DNA of 64,000 nt from Saprolegnia diclina VS20 (Eukaryota). The stretch spans positions 896,433-960,432 of the forward strand of contig NW_008246074.1 of the NCBI RefSeq assembly GCF_000281045.1, read 5' to 3'. Positions within the stretch are counted from its first letter, which is position 1. Each line of letters begins with the position of its first letter. Under the pieces are notes generated by a model, which had not been told where the DNA came from, made no database searches, and saw only the letters and a list, made by a program, of their open reading frames with translations. Below, one piece after another: positions 38,883-50,685 of the stretch. The position numbers and the translations under genes are program-made.

Positions 38883-39778
38883 ATGGCCATGCGTTGCGTA
38901 CTCGCAAGCGCAGCTGGTCTTTTCGCGATCGCGGCGGCGGCGTCGACACCCAAGCCACCCAAGACAACGACACCGCCCCCCGAGACGCCGGCACCGACCC
39001 ACGACAAATTCTGGGGCTCACAAGACCTGTGGATCTACACCAGTGCGTGGTACCCGGAGCAGTGTAGCTGCATGTGCGCCTCGATTTGCTACCACCCGCC
39101 GCCGTACATCAAAACCAACCTCGTCACCGGTCGCTTGTACCCGATCTACAAAGAGAATGTGCCGCAGCTCTCGCGCCTCGAAGACGCGACCGCGCCACGC
39201 CTCGCCCACCCTGCGTGCACGCGCAAGCCGGCGCTCTTCTCGGGCGACGCCATTCGCGCCGTCACGCGCGACAAGCTCATCCAGTATTTCCCATTCGACT
39301 TCAACAAGGACCCGGCCAACATGTGGAACCCGGACGCGCCCGCGCCGATCAACGTGATTCCCATGTACGACTTCCCGTGCAGCGGCATGCTCGAGACAAA
39401 CTACTTGCGCACGGCTGTCCAGATGGCACAGTACATTGGCACACCAAAACTCATCACCGACAACATCAACGGCACCGTGACCAAGCCGGCGCTCGTCGCT
39501 GCGTTCAAGAAGAAGGGACTCGACGTACGCAGTCTGGTCGACTCGATATCGGGCTGGACTATAAACATTGTGGATAGGTTGTCTTGCGCTGCCGGGACAA
39601 TGCGCTCTACGAAGTGTTTAGCTGCTGGACCAAGAACGTACCGTATCCATATCAAGTCGACGAGAACGACCAGTCGTTTGCACCTGCGCAGCCCATGCAG
39701 TGCCCGCCCGCCGTCGTCGCGCAAGAAGGCAGCTGCGGAAACACGATCCGCATCACCAAGTTTGTCGACCGCGGCTAG
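38883..39778 (+). CDS. Secreted ribonuclease T2-fold protein lacking catalytic His motifs, 2 exons
   Basis: Signal peptide, Pro/Thr linker, then LWIYTSAWYPEQC...C, LVTGRLYP (at the HGLWP position), CSG...YLRTAV, and after an intron VVLRC..NALYEVFSC...C...C. Confidence 0.65.
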
Positions 39779-40499
39779 TCCTACCGCGACGACGAAGGAC
39801 ACTATTGTCATCTGCGTCATCGACACTTGGACACTTGGCGGCTTGCATGCTTCATGCTACATGTAAGAACCCTAAATGGAGTCCGCGTGCGTGCTTTTTT
39901 GCATGTCGCCTCGTCGCATGAGTCTGGCTACGAGAGTACGCTGTCCAACTCGTTGTATGGTCGATGTGAAGGGATCGACGTGTGATGCGCTTTCGAATGC
40001 TTGCTCAGACGCTGCTTGCGTAGAGAAGAGCGGCTGGTGTAGAGATGAGCACTTCTCCGCTCGCTCGCCGGCTGTGGCTGTGCTTGCAGCGGTGCGGGCT
40101 CCGTTGTCCGACGAGCCAGTCACCAGTCTTGACGCCCTTTACTCTGCATATCAAGGCTGTGTTCGCGTTGAAACCAAAGTAGCACGGGTTAACTCAAAGG
40201 CTTTGCATACGTAGCGCTAGCCAGAATGCGTGGGAGGTGGCACCAGCACGTGGTCGTTGGGAGTGAGCTGCGTACGGAGAGATTCATCGTGTGGTGGACC
40301 CCACTCGCCGAGCTTTTCTCTGCATGCGTGTGCATTGTTTAGGTCCGAGGACCCAGGAATGACAAGTTGTACACTGTTCCATGTACTACGTGCGTCGTGG
40401 TGGCCATGCGCATAAGGTGGTGGCCGTCGTCGCACAATTCCTGGATACAGCAATTAAACACTGTTTTAAGTCGCCACATGGTGCCAAAACGGCTAGCGC

Positions 40500-41453
40500 A
40501 TGGTGGCACCGCAGACCTTCCTCGACGACCTGCAAGCGTCGCTGGCGCGCCGGCCCGTACGCGTCCTCAACGGCGCCCGCGTACGACCGCTTCATGCTGC
40601 GCCTATTGTCGTCTGAGTATGCACTCTGTGTAGAAGGCCAGCGTCGCGGCTGTCCTCCGCGTGGACGGCGACCGCATCCGGCTGCTCTTCATCCGCCGCG
40701 CTGTCAACCCGCGCGACCGATGGAGCGGCCAGATCGCGTTTCCCGGCGGCAAGTGCGAGGCCAACGAAACGTCCCTCGAGACTGCGATCCGTGAAGCTAG
40801 AGAGGAGGTCGGTCTTGACCTCGCCTCGGCCACGTTGCTCGGGCAGCTGCCGGTCCGCGCCGCGACAAGCGGCAACACGATGGTTGTGAGTACGCACGGT
40901 ACGCAACCCATTCCTTCTACGTCTCGTATCCATCGCTCTCTGTCTAGTCTTTCTCTGGACGGAGATGGCGGCGCCGGCATTCACGCTGCAGACGTCCGAG
41001 GTCAGCGCCGCCTTTTGGGTCGACGTCGAGCATGTGCTCACGGCGCGCCTGCGCGAGCTGCGTATTCCGCTGGACGCTATGAGGCGCCGCACGAACGAAG
41101 CGCCGTATCTCCACGTACGCCTTGTTCTGTTGCTACAAGAGATGTAGCCTCGCACGTAGCGCATGCTACGCCTTCTCGGGTGGTCGACGATTGCGTTTCC
41201 TTGCATATACCTCCCGCTGCCGCATCAGAGAGGCAACGACGACGAGCGTAGCGATCGCGGTGCCGACGAGTATGTGCTCTGGGGCCTTACCTATGGCATG
41301 GTGCTCGATCTCTTCAAGGACATTCCCGGCGCCCGCCACCGCCCGTCGACGTCGCTGCTCCTTGTCTACAAGCACAGCCAGCGCTACAGGCTCTACGTCC
41401 TCCTCCACGCTCTATGTGTAGTAGCTGTAGGCTACGCCATGGCCAAACTCTAA
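40500..41453 (+). CDS. Nudix hydrolase, CoA-pyrophosphatase-like (NUDT7/8/Pcd1 type), multi-exon
   Basis: ASVAAVL, LLFIRRA...D.WSGQIAFPGGK and Nudix box ETAIREAREEVGL, then SEVSAAFWV and LWGLTYGM. Ends in a hydrophobic helix followed by AKL. Confidence 0.88.
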
Positions 41454-41564
41454 GCACTGCGATTAACGGCTTTACACCATGCGACCGAGGAGCGACTCAA
41501 CGTGACGCCAACCGCGACCTCGCCAACTGTGGTGGCATACACACGTGCCACCGACAGCGACCGT

Positions 41565-44369
41565 CTACGCTGTCGCCGCGTCGAGTTCGGCGCGGGCTTC
41601 GGGGTGGTAGTGGCACACGTCTTCAAAAATGAGCCGCTGCAGCGCCGGCTTGTCGAGGAGGTCACCGTGTTGCTCAAAAGCAAAGTCAAAGGGCGCGGAC
41701 GCGAGGCCTTCCGAGGCAGCCTCGCGGTACGGCGCTAAAAATGGGTGGGCCAGCGCGTCGTCGATCGTTATCCGCGTCGTCGGGTCGAACGCCAAGAGGC
41801 GCTTCATGAGGTCGATCGCGTCGTCCGGTGCCGACGGTGCGACGTCGTTCTTCCAGTCTTTAGGGGCTTGGACGGTCTGCTTGGCCATCCAGCGTTTGGC
41901 CTTCTCGTTTGTGACAAACCCGAGCTCGCCGGGCGACGGCGACCCAAGAGTTGACGCAATCAGCTGCAGCTGGTGCACGTGGTCGTGGCCAGGGAAGAGC
42001 GCTTTGCGCGTAAACATCTCGACAAGGATGCAGCCGACGCTCCACACGTCGATTGGGTACGAGTACTTGGAGCTCAGAAGGAGCTCGGGCGCCCGGTACC
42101 AGCGCGTAACCACATACTCGGTCAAAGCGCCGACTTCGACCGCCGAATCGGCGTCTTCTTGCGGGAGTCCGCGGGCGAGGCCAAAGTCGCAGAGCTTTAC
42201 GAGGCAGTCGCGGTTGATCAAGACGTTGGAGGGCTTGACGTCGCGGTGCAGGACCGACGCCGAGTGCATGAAGCGCAGGGCGACAAGCATCTGGTAGGTC
42301 ACATACGCAATGTGCTCGGCATCGAGGCGTTCTGGCGACTGGATCACGCGGTGGAGGTCGGTCTCCATGAGGTCGGTCACAATGTACGTGTCTTCAAACC
42401 GAGCGAGGGACGGCGGCCGCATTACATCGAGGACCGTGACGATGTGCGGGTGAACGAGGTGCCGCATGAGGCGGATCTCGCGCACGATGCGCTTGGCGTC
42501 GATAAGGTCGTCGAACGTTTTGGGAATGTTCTTGATCGCGACCGCGTTGCCCGTCACTTGGTCCGAGGCCGCAATGACGACGCCGTAGGCGCCATGGCCC
42601 ACCGCGCGGATGAGTTGGTACCGCGTGTAGACGCGGAATTTGGTGCCCGAGACGGTAAACGTGTGCATGGCGTCGAGGTCGGGCAGCTCCGAAAGACTCT
42701 GCCGCAAAACACGCCCCGACGACGACGACGATGACGACGTCGCGTCGTGCGTCGACGAGGCCGACGATTGCTCGTGAAGTGCCGCGAGCCGGTCAAAGCT
42801 CATGCGCTTGAGAATCGGTGGCGGTGACGAGGTAGTCGCGACCGAGGACGCCGGTGACGCGACGACTGCACTACATGGCGCGATTCCCTTGGGCAAGAAG
42901 ACGAGGCTGAGCTGCACTTTGCCGAGCGTCGCGCTAGCTTTTTTGGCTTTGGCGCTCGTGGTGCTGCTACTCGCAGCTAAAACGTGCTCGGGCGCCACGA
43001 GATCAAACCACGTTGGAATTGAGCCGAGCGCAATGTCTTCGTCCGACGAGCTCGACGGACGCCCGAGGTACGGAGCGAGGTTGACCTTGGCGACACCGAG
43101 CATCTCGTCGCCCATGAGCCCGGGCGCCCACACCTCCAAGTACAAGAAGGCCGTCGTGCCAGGCACAGCGCCCGCGAACGACAGATCCAGCGTCTCGGCC
43201 CAGTAGATGGGCGATACCGACTTGGCGGGCTTGGTGGCGTACGTGACTTGCTGGAGATTCCGGCTCGATGCGCCGGCCTTGAGAATCGTGTGGGGAAACC
43301 CGTAGAGACCGAGCTTGATGTGCGGCGCCTTCTTGGCCTTTGGGACCTCGGCGGCCGCGCACACGACCCGCAGCGTACCAGGTGGACACGTGCTGCTGCC
43401 TTCGTCGCGGTCGTGCGGCAGCGACAGCATCGGTCCATCAGCGTGCGCTGAGAACGCAACAGATGACGCGATCGCATCGCCCACAATGTTGAGGTGCGTC
43501 ACGCGGCCATCGGCGCCAAACCGAAGCTCGTGCGTCCAGATCTGACGGTACCGCCGCTGGTTCTTGGTGTTGGTGATGGTTTCCTTGCCGGTAATGACCG
43601 CAAGGTCGCCTTCGCGCGCAATGTGGGTAACGCGAAACTGGCTCACGTCGACGAGCGTGTGCAAGATGGAGATGTAGGCGAGGAAGCCGGCGGTCGCGCC
43701 GAGGCCGTGGTACGTACCGGCCATCGGCACGCTCGGCGGGTAGTTGGACGTCACGACGATGCCTGGGTCGAGGCACGGCAGCAAGAGCGAAAACTTGCCC
43801 ACGCGCCGACAAATGTCGCCAAACGATGCATACATGACGGGCAGCTCGACAAGGTAGGGCGGGGTCGGGTACGGCAGCGGGCCGCCGACGGGCTGGCGCT
43901 TCGCGAGCAGCGTGGCCTGCTCGAGGGCGCCAAGGAGCATCTGCTTCCAAATGACAAAGTCGAGGTTCGCGTCCATCGTAAAATGCAACGTGCGCTTGCT
44001 GGATGTCGTGACCGTGATGCGGTGGTTGGTCTTGCCATTGCTCTCGGTCTCGACGCCCACAACCACGTGGACGCCGCGCGGCTTGAGCTGCTTGGCTTTT
44101 GTAGACTTGGGCAAGGCAGCGCTAATGTCCATGTCGCCGCACGACGTCGGAAGCGAGATCGAATTGCTCTGCACGTACTCGACCTTCTTCTCCATGTCGC
44201 TCTTGTCAAAGTAGGCCAAGTCGACACCGCTGAGGACGACATAATATGTATCCCAGCGCGGAAGCCAGTCGCCGCGCTTGCGCAGGTAGCCTTCCCAGCG
44301 CAGCGGCAGCGCCTGCAGGTGGCGGTCCGTCGCCGATGGGCTCACGGGCGACGACGGGTACTCGGTCAT
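41565..44369 (-). CDS. MAP kinase (TEY) with N-terminal PH, SnoaL/NTF2-like and C2 domains
   Basis: Single exon. WEGYLRKRGDWLPRW..YYVVL (PH), C2-like YWAETL..LEVW....GDEMLGVAKVNL...WFDL, and kinase GHGAYG, HRDVKPSN, DFGLAR, LTEYVVTRWYRAPE. Confidence 0.95.
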   Translation of the reverse strand: MTEYPSSPVSPSATDRHLQALPLRWEGYLRKRGDWLPRWDTYYVVLSGVDLAYFDKSDMEKKVEYVQSNSISLPTSCGDMDISAALPKSTKAKQLKPRGVHVVVGVETESNGKTNHRITVTTSSKRTLHFTMDANLDFVIWKQMLLGALEQATLLAKRQPVGGPLPYPTPPYLVELPVMYASFGDICRRVGKFSLLLPCLDPGIVVTSNYPPSVPMAGTYHGLGATAGFLAYISILHTLVDVSQFRVTHIAREGDLAVITGKETITNTKNQRRYRQIWTHELRFGADGRVTHLNIVGDAIASSVAFSAHADGPMLSLPHDRDEGSSTCPPGTLRVVCAAAEVPKAKKAPHIKLGLYGFPHTILKAGASSRNLQQVTYATKPAKSVSPIYWAETLDLSFAGAVPGTTAFLYLEVWAPGLMGDEMLGVAKVNLAPYLGRPSSSSDEDIALGSIPTWFDLVAPEHVLAASSSTTSAKAKKASATLGKVQLSLVFLPKGIAPCSAVVASPASSVATTSSPPPILKRMSFDRLAALHEQSSASSTHDATSSSSSSSGRVLRQSLSELPDLDAMHTFTVSGTKFRVYTRYQLIRAVGHGAYGVVIAASDQVTGNAVAIKNIPKTFDDLIDAKRIVREIRLMRHLVHPHIVTVLDVMRPPSLARFEDTYIVTDLMETDLHRVIQSPERLDAEHIAYVTYQMLVALRFMHSASVLHRDVKPSNVLINRDCLVKLCDFGLARGLPQEDADSAVEVGALTEYVVTRWYRAPELLLSSKYSYPIDVWSVGCILVEMFTRKALFPGHDHVHQLQLIASTLGSPSPGELGFVTNEKAKRWMAKQTVQAPKDWKNDVAPSAPDDAIDLMKRLLAFDPTTRITIDDALAHPFLAPYREAASEGLASAPFDFAFEQHGDLLDKPALQRLIFEDVCHYHPEARAELDAATA

Positions 44370-44929
44370 CTTGCGTCGATATCGAATCTGGCATCGAATT
44401 TCGACACCATTCCGCCAATCATCACGCACTGTTCCTCTTTTTTAGCCAATGGCGCTGGTTGAAGGAGGGACTTTTGAACCAATCACATCTCGCCAACACA
44501 GTCCGGGTTGTGGCCGATCGCTGTCAGCATGGCGCGGACGGACCTCGACCATTTGGACCTCGACCATTCTAGTGTTCTTATCGTATTATCATCCCGGTAG
44601 GTGTGCTTGGGAGCGACGATGAACCGGTGCAACGTCGACGACCGGTATCTCGCTTCGGTATCTTTGAGGCCAACAGACTGTTCGCACGCGATTTCGCCCT
44701 TCGTGGCTCCCTTTCGCCTACTCTCGACACTGCCACCAGCCGCTACAACGCGTGCATGAGCCCGTGGTGCTACTCGGGCGCGCTGCCATGGCGTATACTT
44801 TCTCTTGTTGGCGATTGCGGGGACGCTGTGGCCGCCGAGTCTGTTTAAAACACGTAATATGTTTGAAACACAATGTGTTGGAAACCAAGATCGCGACGCG
44901 TCGGGAAAGGTCGCAGTGCTCGATTTGCG

Positions 44930-47560
44930 ATGCGCTTCCAACATGCGCAGGCGGCGGTGAACCAGCACACGGAGATCGTGACGGCGTGTTGCTGGACGCC
45001 CGAGAACGACGTCGTCACGTGCAGCGACGACAACACCATCGTGCGCTGGCGCATGGACGGCGAAGTCGTCGGCAAGATTGCGTCCACCGACAACTTTGTC
45101 ACGAGCGTCGACTGGATCCCGTCCGTGGGCAAGCAAGGCGGCGACCTCTTTGTCATTGGCTGCACCGACGGTGTCTCTGCAATGCTATGACGTGTCGCTC
45201 ACGGTCACTGTAGGCTCGTTCCGGCTCATGTCCAAGAACGGCCGCGAAGAGAAAAAGGTCATTGCGTGCGAGGCCGGCGCGGTGGTCGCGCTGCAGTGGA
45301 ACTACGATGGCACTGCGCTTGTGACCGTTGGCGAAGACGGCTCTGTCAAGGTGTACTCGCGCAGCGGCAATCTTCGGTCGACGCTCGCCAACACAGGTCC
45401 CATCAACGCTCTCTTTGCTTTACCGTGACATTGCACTGCAGGCACGGCCGTCTACGCCGTGTGCTGGGGCCCGGACAATGACCAAATCCTCTTTACCAAC
45501 GGAAAGAATCTCGTCATCAAGACGATCCAGGTCGGTGTTGGACTAGTTTCCCACAACATCAGATCTAGCTCCACGAAAATCGTAGGTCGGGCGCAAGGAC
45601 ATCCAGTGGAAGGCGCACGACGGCATGATCATGTGCATCGACTGGAACCCGATCAACAACCGCGTGATTTCCGGCGGCGAAGACCGGATTTTTCGCGTCT
45701 GGGACGGCTTTGGTCGCCAACTGTACCAGAGTCCGGTCTGCGAACACGTCATCACGTCGATTGCGTGGAGCCCAAAGGGCGACATGTTTGCCGTCGGCGC
45801 CTACAACATGCTCCGGCTCTGCGATAAGACGGGGTGGTCGTACTGCCGTGAGCGCCCCAAGACCGGGTCGCTCATGGACATTGCGTGGGCGTCGGACGGC
45901 ACGCAGCTCGTTGCGGCCGGTGGCAACGGCGCAACGCTCTTTGCCCAAGTCGTCGACCGGCATCTGCAATGGAACAAGATCGAGGTACGACGGCGTTTGC
46001 CTCTGAATTGCGTCCATGACGTGGCACCAGGTGACGCTCAAGGACCCGCGCAAGATTGTGGTGCACGATGTCATGAACGAGACGGTCGAGGAGCTCGATT
46101 TTGTGCGGGACCGCGTGATTGAAATGTCGCTGGGCTACGGCTTTCTGCTCGTCTGCACGGCGACGCAGTGCTTTATCTACAACTCGACCAACTGGAACAC
46201 GCCGCATATCTTCGACTTGCGCGCGGCCGTCAACTTTATCATCCAAAGCGAGTGTCACTTTGTGACCGTCGACAACTTTAATGGTATTCAGGTAGTGGAC
46301 ACTATTGTCTGCGACGCTGTCGACGACGCTACCGGATGTAGGTCTACTCGTACGAAGGCCGGACGGTGAGCAACCCCAAGTTCTCGGGCATGCACGTCGA
46401 GTTCCTGAACCGCATGACGGTCTCGCTGAGCACGGACACGATCAGCATACTCGACCATGCAGACCGCAAGACGATTCGGTCCTTTGAGATTAACTCGGGC
46501 AAGGCCCTCCCGGTGGTGTTTCACCACTCGCTCGAGATTGCCGAGCTCGCGCTGAGTCACTATGGGCAGTCGAGTGACCGAAAGCTCTTCTTCATCGACA
46601 CGAACCGCGACCTCCACCTCGCACGTGTGACGCACAAGGGCACGTTTAAGCTCCAGGCGCAAGTCGACACGGCAGCGTGGAACGACGCGTCCGAGATGCT
46701 GGTCGCGATCTCCGATGCCAAGGTGAGTATCAAGTTTGTATCAAGTTGGTTGCAATCGTGTAGGTGTTTTGCTGGCTGTACCCAAACATAGTCTACGTCG
46801 ACCGGACTCTGCTCCCCGATGCCATTGAAGTCAAAGACGGCAATGACTTTATGAAGCTCGCACAAATCACGTCGTTTGTTGGTCCTCGCTTCACGGTGCG
46901 TCGCGCGGACGGCGCGATCCTCGCTGGTGCCGTCTCGCCGTACCCGACGGTGCTCTACGAGTTTACCGCGTCAAGCGAGTGGGACAAGGCCGTGCGTCTC
47001 TGCCGCTTTGTCAAGTCGCGCGCGCTCTGGACCACGGTCGCCGGCATGGCCCTCCACAAGCGGCATTTGGAGACAGCCGAGGTCGCGCTGGCCGCGATCG
47101 ACTCGGTCGACAAGCTGCACTTTGTGCTCTATGTCAAGAATCTCGTGAGCGAAGCGCGGCGCATGGCCGAGCTCGCCTTGTACGGTGGCGCTATCGACGA
47201 GGCCGAGGGCATTTTGCTCCAAGCCAACCCATCGCCGCTCGTCTATCGTGCGATCAAGATGAACATTCGGCTCTTCCGGTGGGACCGAGCGCTCGACTTG
47301 GCCATCAAGCACACCACCGCGGCTGGCACGCATGTCGACACGGTGCTTGCCTACCGCCAGCGCTTCCTTGCGGTACGTCGTCCTTTCTACGCCGCATGCA
47401 TGGGATCATCCGCATCGTCTAGGCCAACAAGATGGAGGAGACGGACAAGAAGTTTCTCCAGTACATGCAGCAGTTTCCAATCGAATGGGATAAGATCTCG
47501 GAGAAGAAGGTCCTCGAGCGCGAGCGCGAAGTGCAAGGTGGCGGCAGTCGGCGCAAATAG
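44930..47560 (+). CDS. IFT80: Intraflagellar transport protein 80 (WD40), multi-exon
   Basis: H.EIVTACCW...[73 protein letters not shown]. Confidence 0.96.
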
Positions 47561-47608
47561 AGACGCTGGCGTCGGATGTAGGACATGCAGAATCTTAAGT
47601 TTGTATTC

Positions 47609-48435
<827 letters not shown>

Positions 48436-48724
48436 CTACCCTCCTTTACCGTCCGAGTGTAGTCGCTCCGACACGAACGCGCTCAATGTACTCATGTACT
48501 ATTATTATATAGCTCTTTTACTAATATACATGTAGACCGATGGAATCGCAGGCAAACACGGTACTTGAACCCACGGCGCTTGACGGCTGCGGCACCGATC
48601 CACGCGATGTGCAATGTCGCCGCCCTGTCTACGCGTCCACGTGGTGTGCAAAGTGCTTCTAACGCATGCGAGTGCACCTCGTTACAAGAACCAGAAAGGC
48701 CAACGCTCGGTTGCGCGATTTAGC

Positions 48725-48958
48725 ATGAAGCTCGGCGAGTACTTGGCCAAGAAGAAGTGGCACATTCTCTTCTTGACGCAGGGCTTGACGCTCTCAAGCA
48801 TCTACGCCCACCGCTTTGGCTTCCTCGATGGCCTCATTAGCTCGCTCGACGCCGTCTTGACGGGCGAGCCGGCGCCGTTGCAGCCCGCCAAGCCGATGCC
48901 AGTGCCCATCTGGAAGCAACTTGCGACCAAGGCGCAAGAGACCAAGTCCGACAAGTAG
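48725..48958 (+). CDS. Small hypothetical protein (77 aa)
   Basis: MKLGEYLAKKKWHILFLTQGLTLSSIYAHRFGFLDG... with GC3-rich coding-like codon use. Divergent from Rab6. Confidence 0.55.
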   Translation: MKLGEYLAKKKWHILFLTQGLTLSSIYAHRFGFLDGLISSLDAVLTGEPAPLQPAKPMPVPIWKQLATKAQETKSDK

Positions 48959-49451
48959 ATTCTAGTGCGAGAGAGGTTTCGCGTGTCGACCAACGTCATA
49001 CACTCTGTGTTCGAAAACCACCAAGGATGGCTTCACGACCAATATCGATGCGGCGTCCATTCAGACTAGGTCGCTTCGCTTCGAGGACAGACAAAAGTAA
49101 CAACGACCAACAACAACTCTACGTCAAACGACAGTTGCTAGCGTCGTCATGGCGTCCCGTCCATGCGCCGACGGTTGTCACAACCTGCGGCGATCCCCAC
49201 CATGGTTCGTGTGGCATGGGCTGGTCTGCCCAGCACCAACCCGGCCACTGGGTGCGTTGACTGTCAAAGCTGCGCGCTCAGGCACCTAAAGAGCACCTGC
49301 ACCCACCATGCTCAACGACGCTGGCTTTCCGCTTCGCTAGGGATTCAAAGAACGGCATGACGATCGTCGATGCACGGTGTGTCATGCGTGTCGCCGCGCA
49401 CTGATTGGCGCAGGCTACGGCGGCGTCATTTTCGAATCGGCCTTGTCGAGG

Positions 49452-50125
49452 ATGCCACCCAAAGCGCAACCAAAGGCGTCCTTCTACGCCTCGCTGCCAC
49501 GCTTTGACGTGCACAACAACGAGGAGCGGCCGACGCGATTGCAGCAAGAGCGACTCGCGTGGGAGCTCGTCGAGGCGGCGACGACCGGTAATCTGAAGCA
49601 GCTGCTCGAGGCCGTGCAACACCGCGCCGACCTCGACTGTCGCTATGTACGTCGACAGTAGTATGGCTCGGCTTTGTGTCAAAATCGACGGAATTAGAAT
49701 GGCTGCACACCTCTCTACTACGCAGCCAAGCACGGCTTTACGCCGCTCGTGCGGTGCCTCCTCTCGTACGGCGCGCGGGTCGAGACACGCAACCTCGTAC
49801 ACGCCTCCTGGTCTCGGCGCCGCTCACTGATACACGAGTAGAAAGCACGCACGGCGCTCATGATTGCAGCGAGCCGAGGCCATTTCGAGACGGTCCTCGC
49901 GCTTCTCCACGCCGGCGCCAAGCCCACGACAAAGGACGCGGTACAATATTGCGCCATCACCAGAATGCGAACGGATGCTAGGCGGGCGAGACGGCGCGGC
50001 TCTTGGCGCTGCGAAACGGCCATCCGGACGTCGTCGACGCCCTCGACATGCATGCGCACCCGGCCATGACGCGCGCGGCGACCATCGCGTTGAAGCTCCA
50101 GCGCCTGCACCAGAGTGGACGCTAA
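49452..50125 (+). CDS. Small ankyrin-repeat protein, multi-exon
   Basis: LVEAATTGN, NGCTPLYYAAKHGF, TALMIAASRGHFETVLALLHAGA and GETARLLALRNGHPDVV. Confidence 0.85.
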
Positions 50126-50685
50126 TTCTACCGTAGGTTACGAAAATAAGAAAAATATAAATCGAACAAGTGCGCATCTCGCCGCCTTGCTACGGACCCA
50201 CCCGGTTATACACGCAGCGATGAAGCGTCGCCATGTCGTCTCGCCATGTGCTTGCCGATGCGCTCAGTCCATACGAGTACTGCAGCCTCGTTCGCAGTCG
50301 CGGTGATTCCGGAGACCGTCCAGCACGTCCGTCCAGCGATGCACCAGAACCAGTGCGATACCAGAGCTCGTTTAGTAGAAACAGAGCTCGTCTAGTAGAT
50401 TCAATTGCCGTAGTGTACTGGCGTTGGTGGTGCGGTTGGCGCCAAATCGGCAAATTGGGTGATTTTAGCCATCGAACAACACCAGCATACAAACCGCCAA
50501 TTGGTTGATCGATCGCAACCGGATCCGGATGGCGGCATTTCTATATCTTGGTATCTTACAGAGGCGCCTAGTTGTTCCATACGCTGGCCAATCACAGCGG
50601 AGGCGGATCTTCGGGCTGGTACTGGTCCAAGTTCCCAATTGTCGTCGGAAGAGCCACCACGGCGCAGCCGGTGCACTTGACATAG

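Noticed and set aside
39876..40214. 112-aa Cys-rich ORF
   Set aside because: No recognisable family and weak coding bias, so it cannot be supported.
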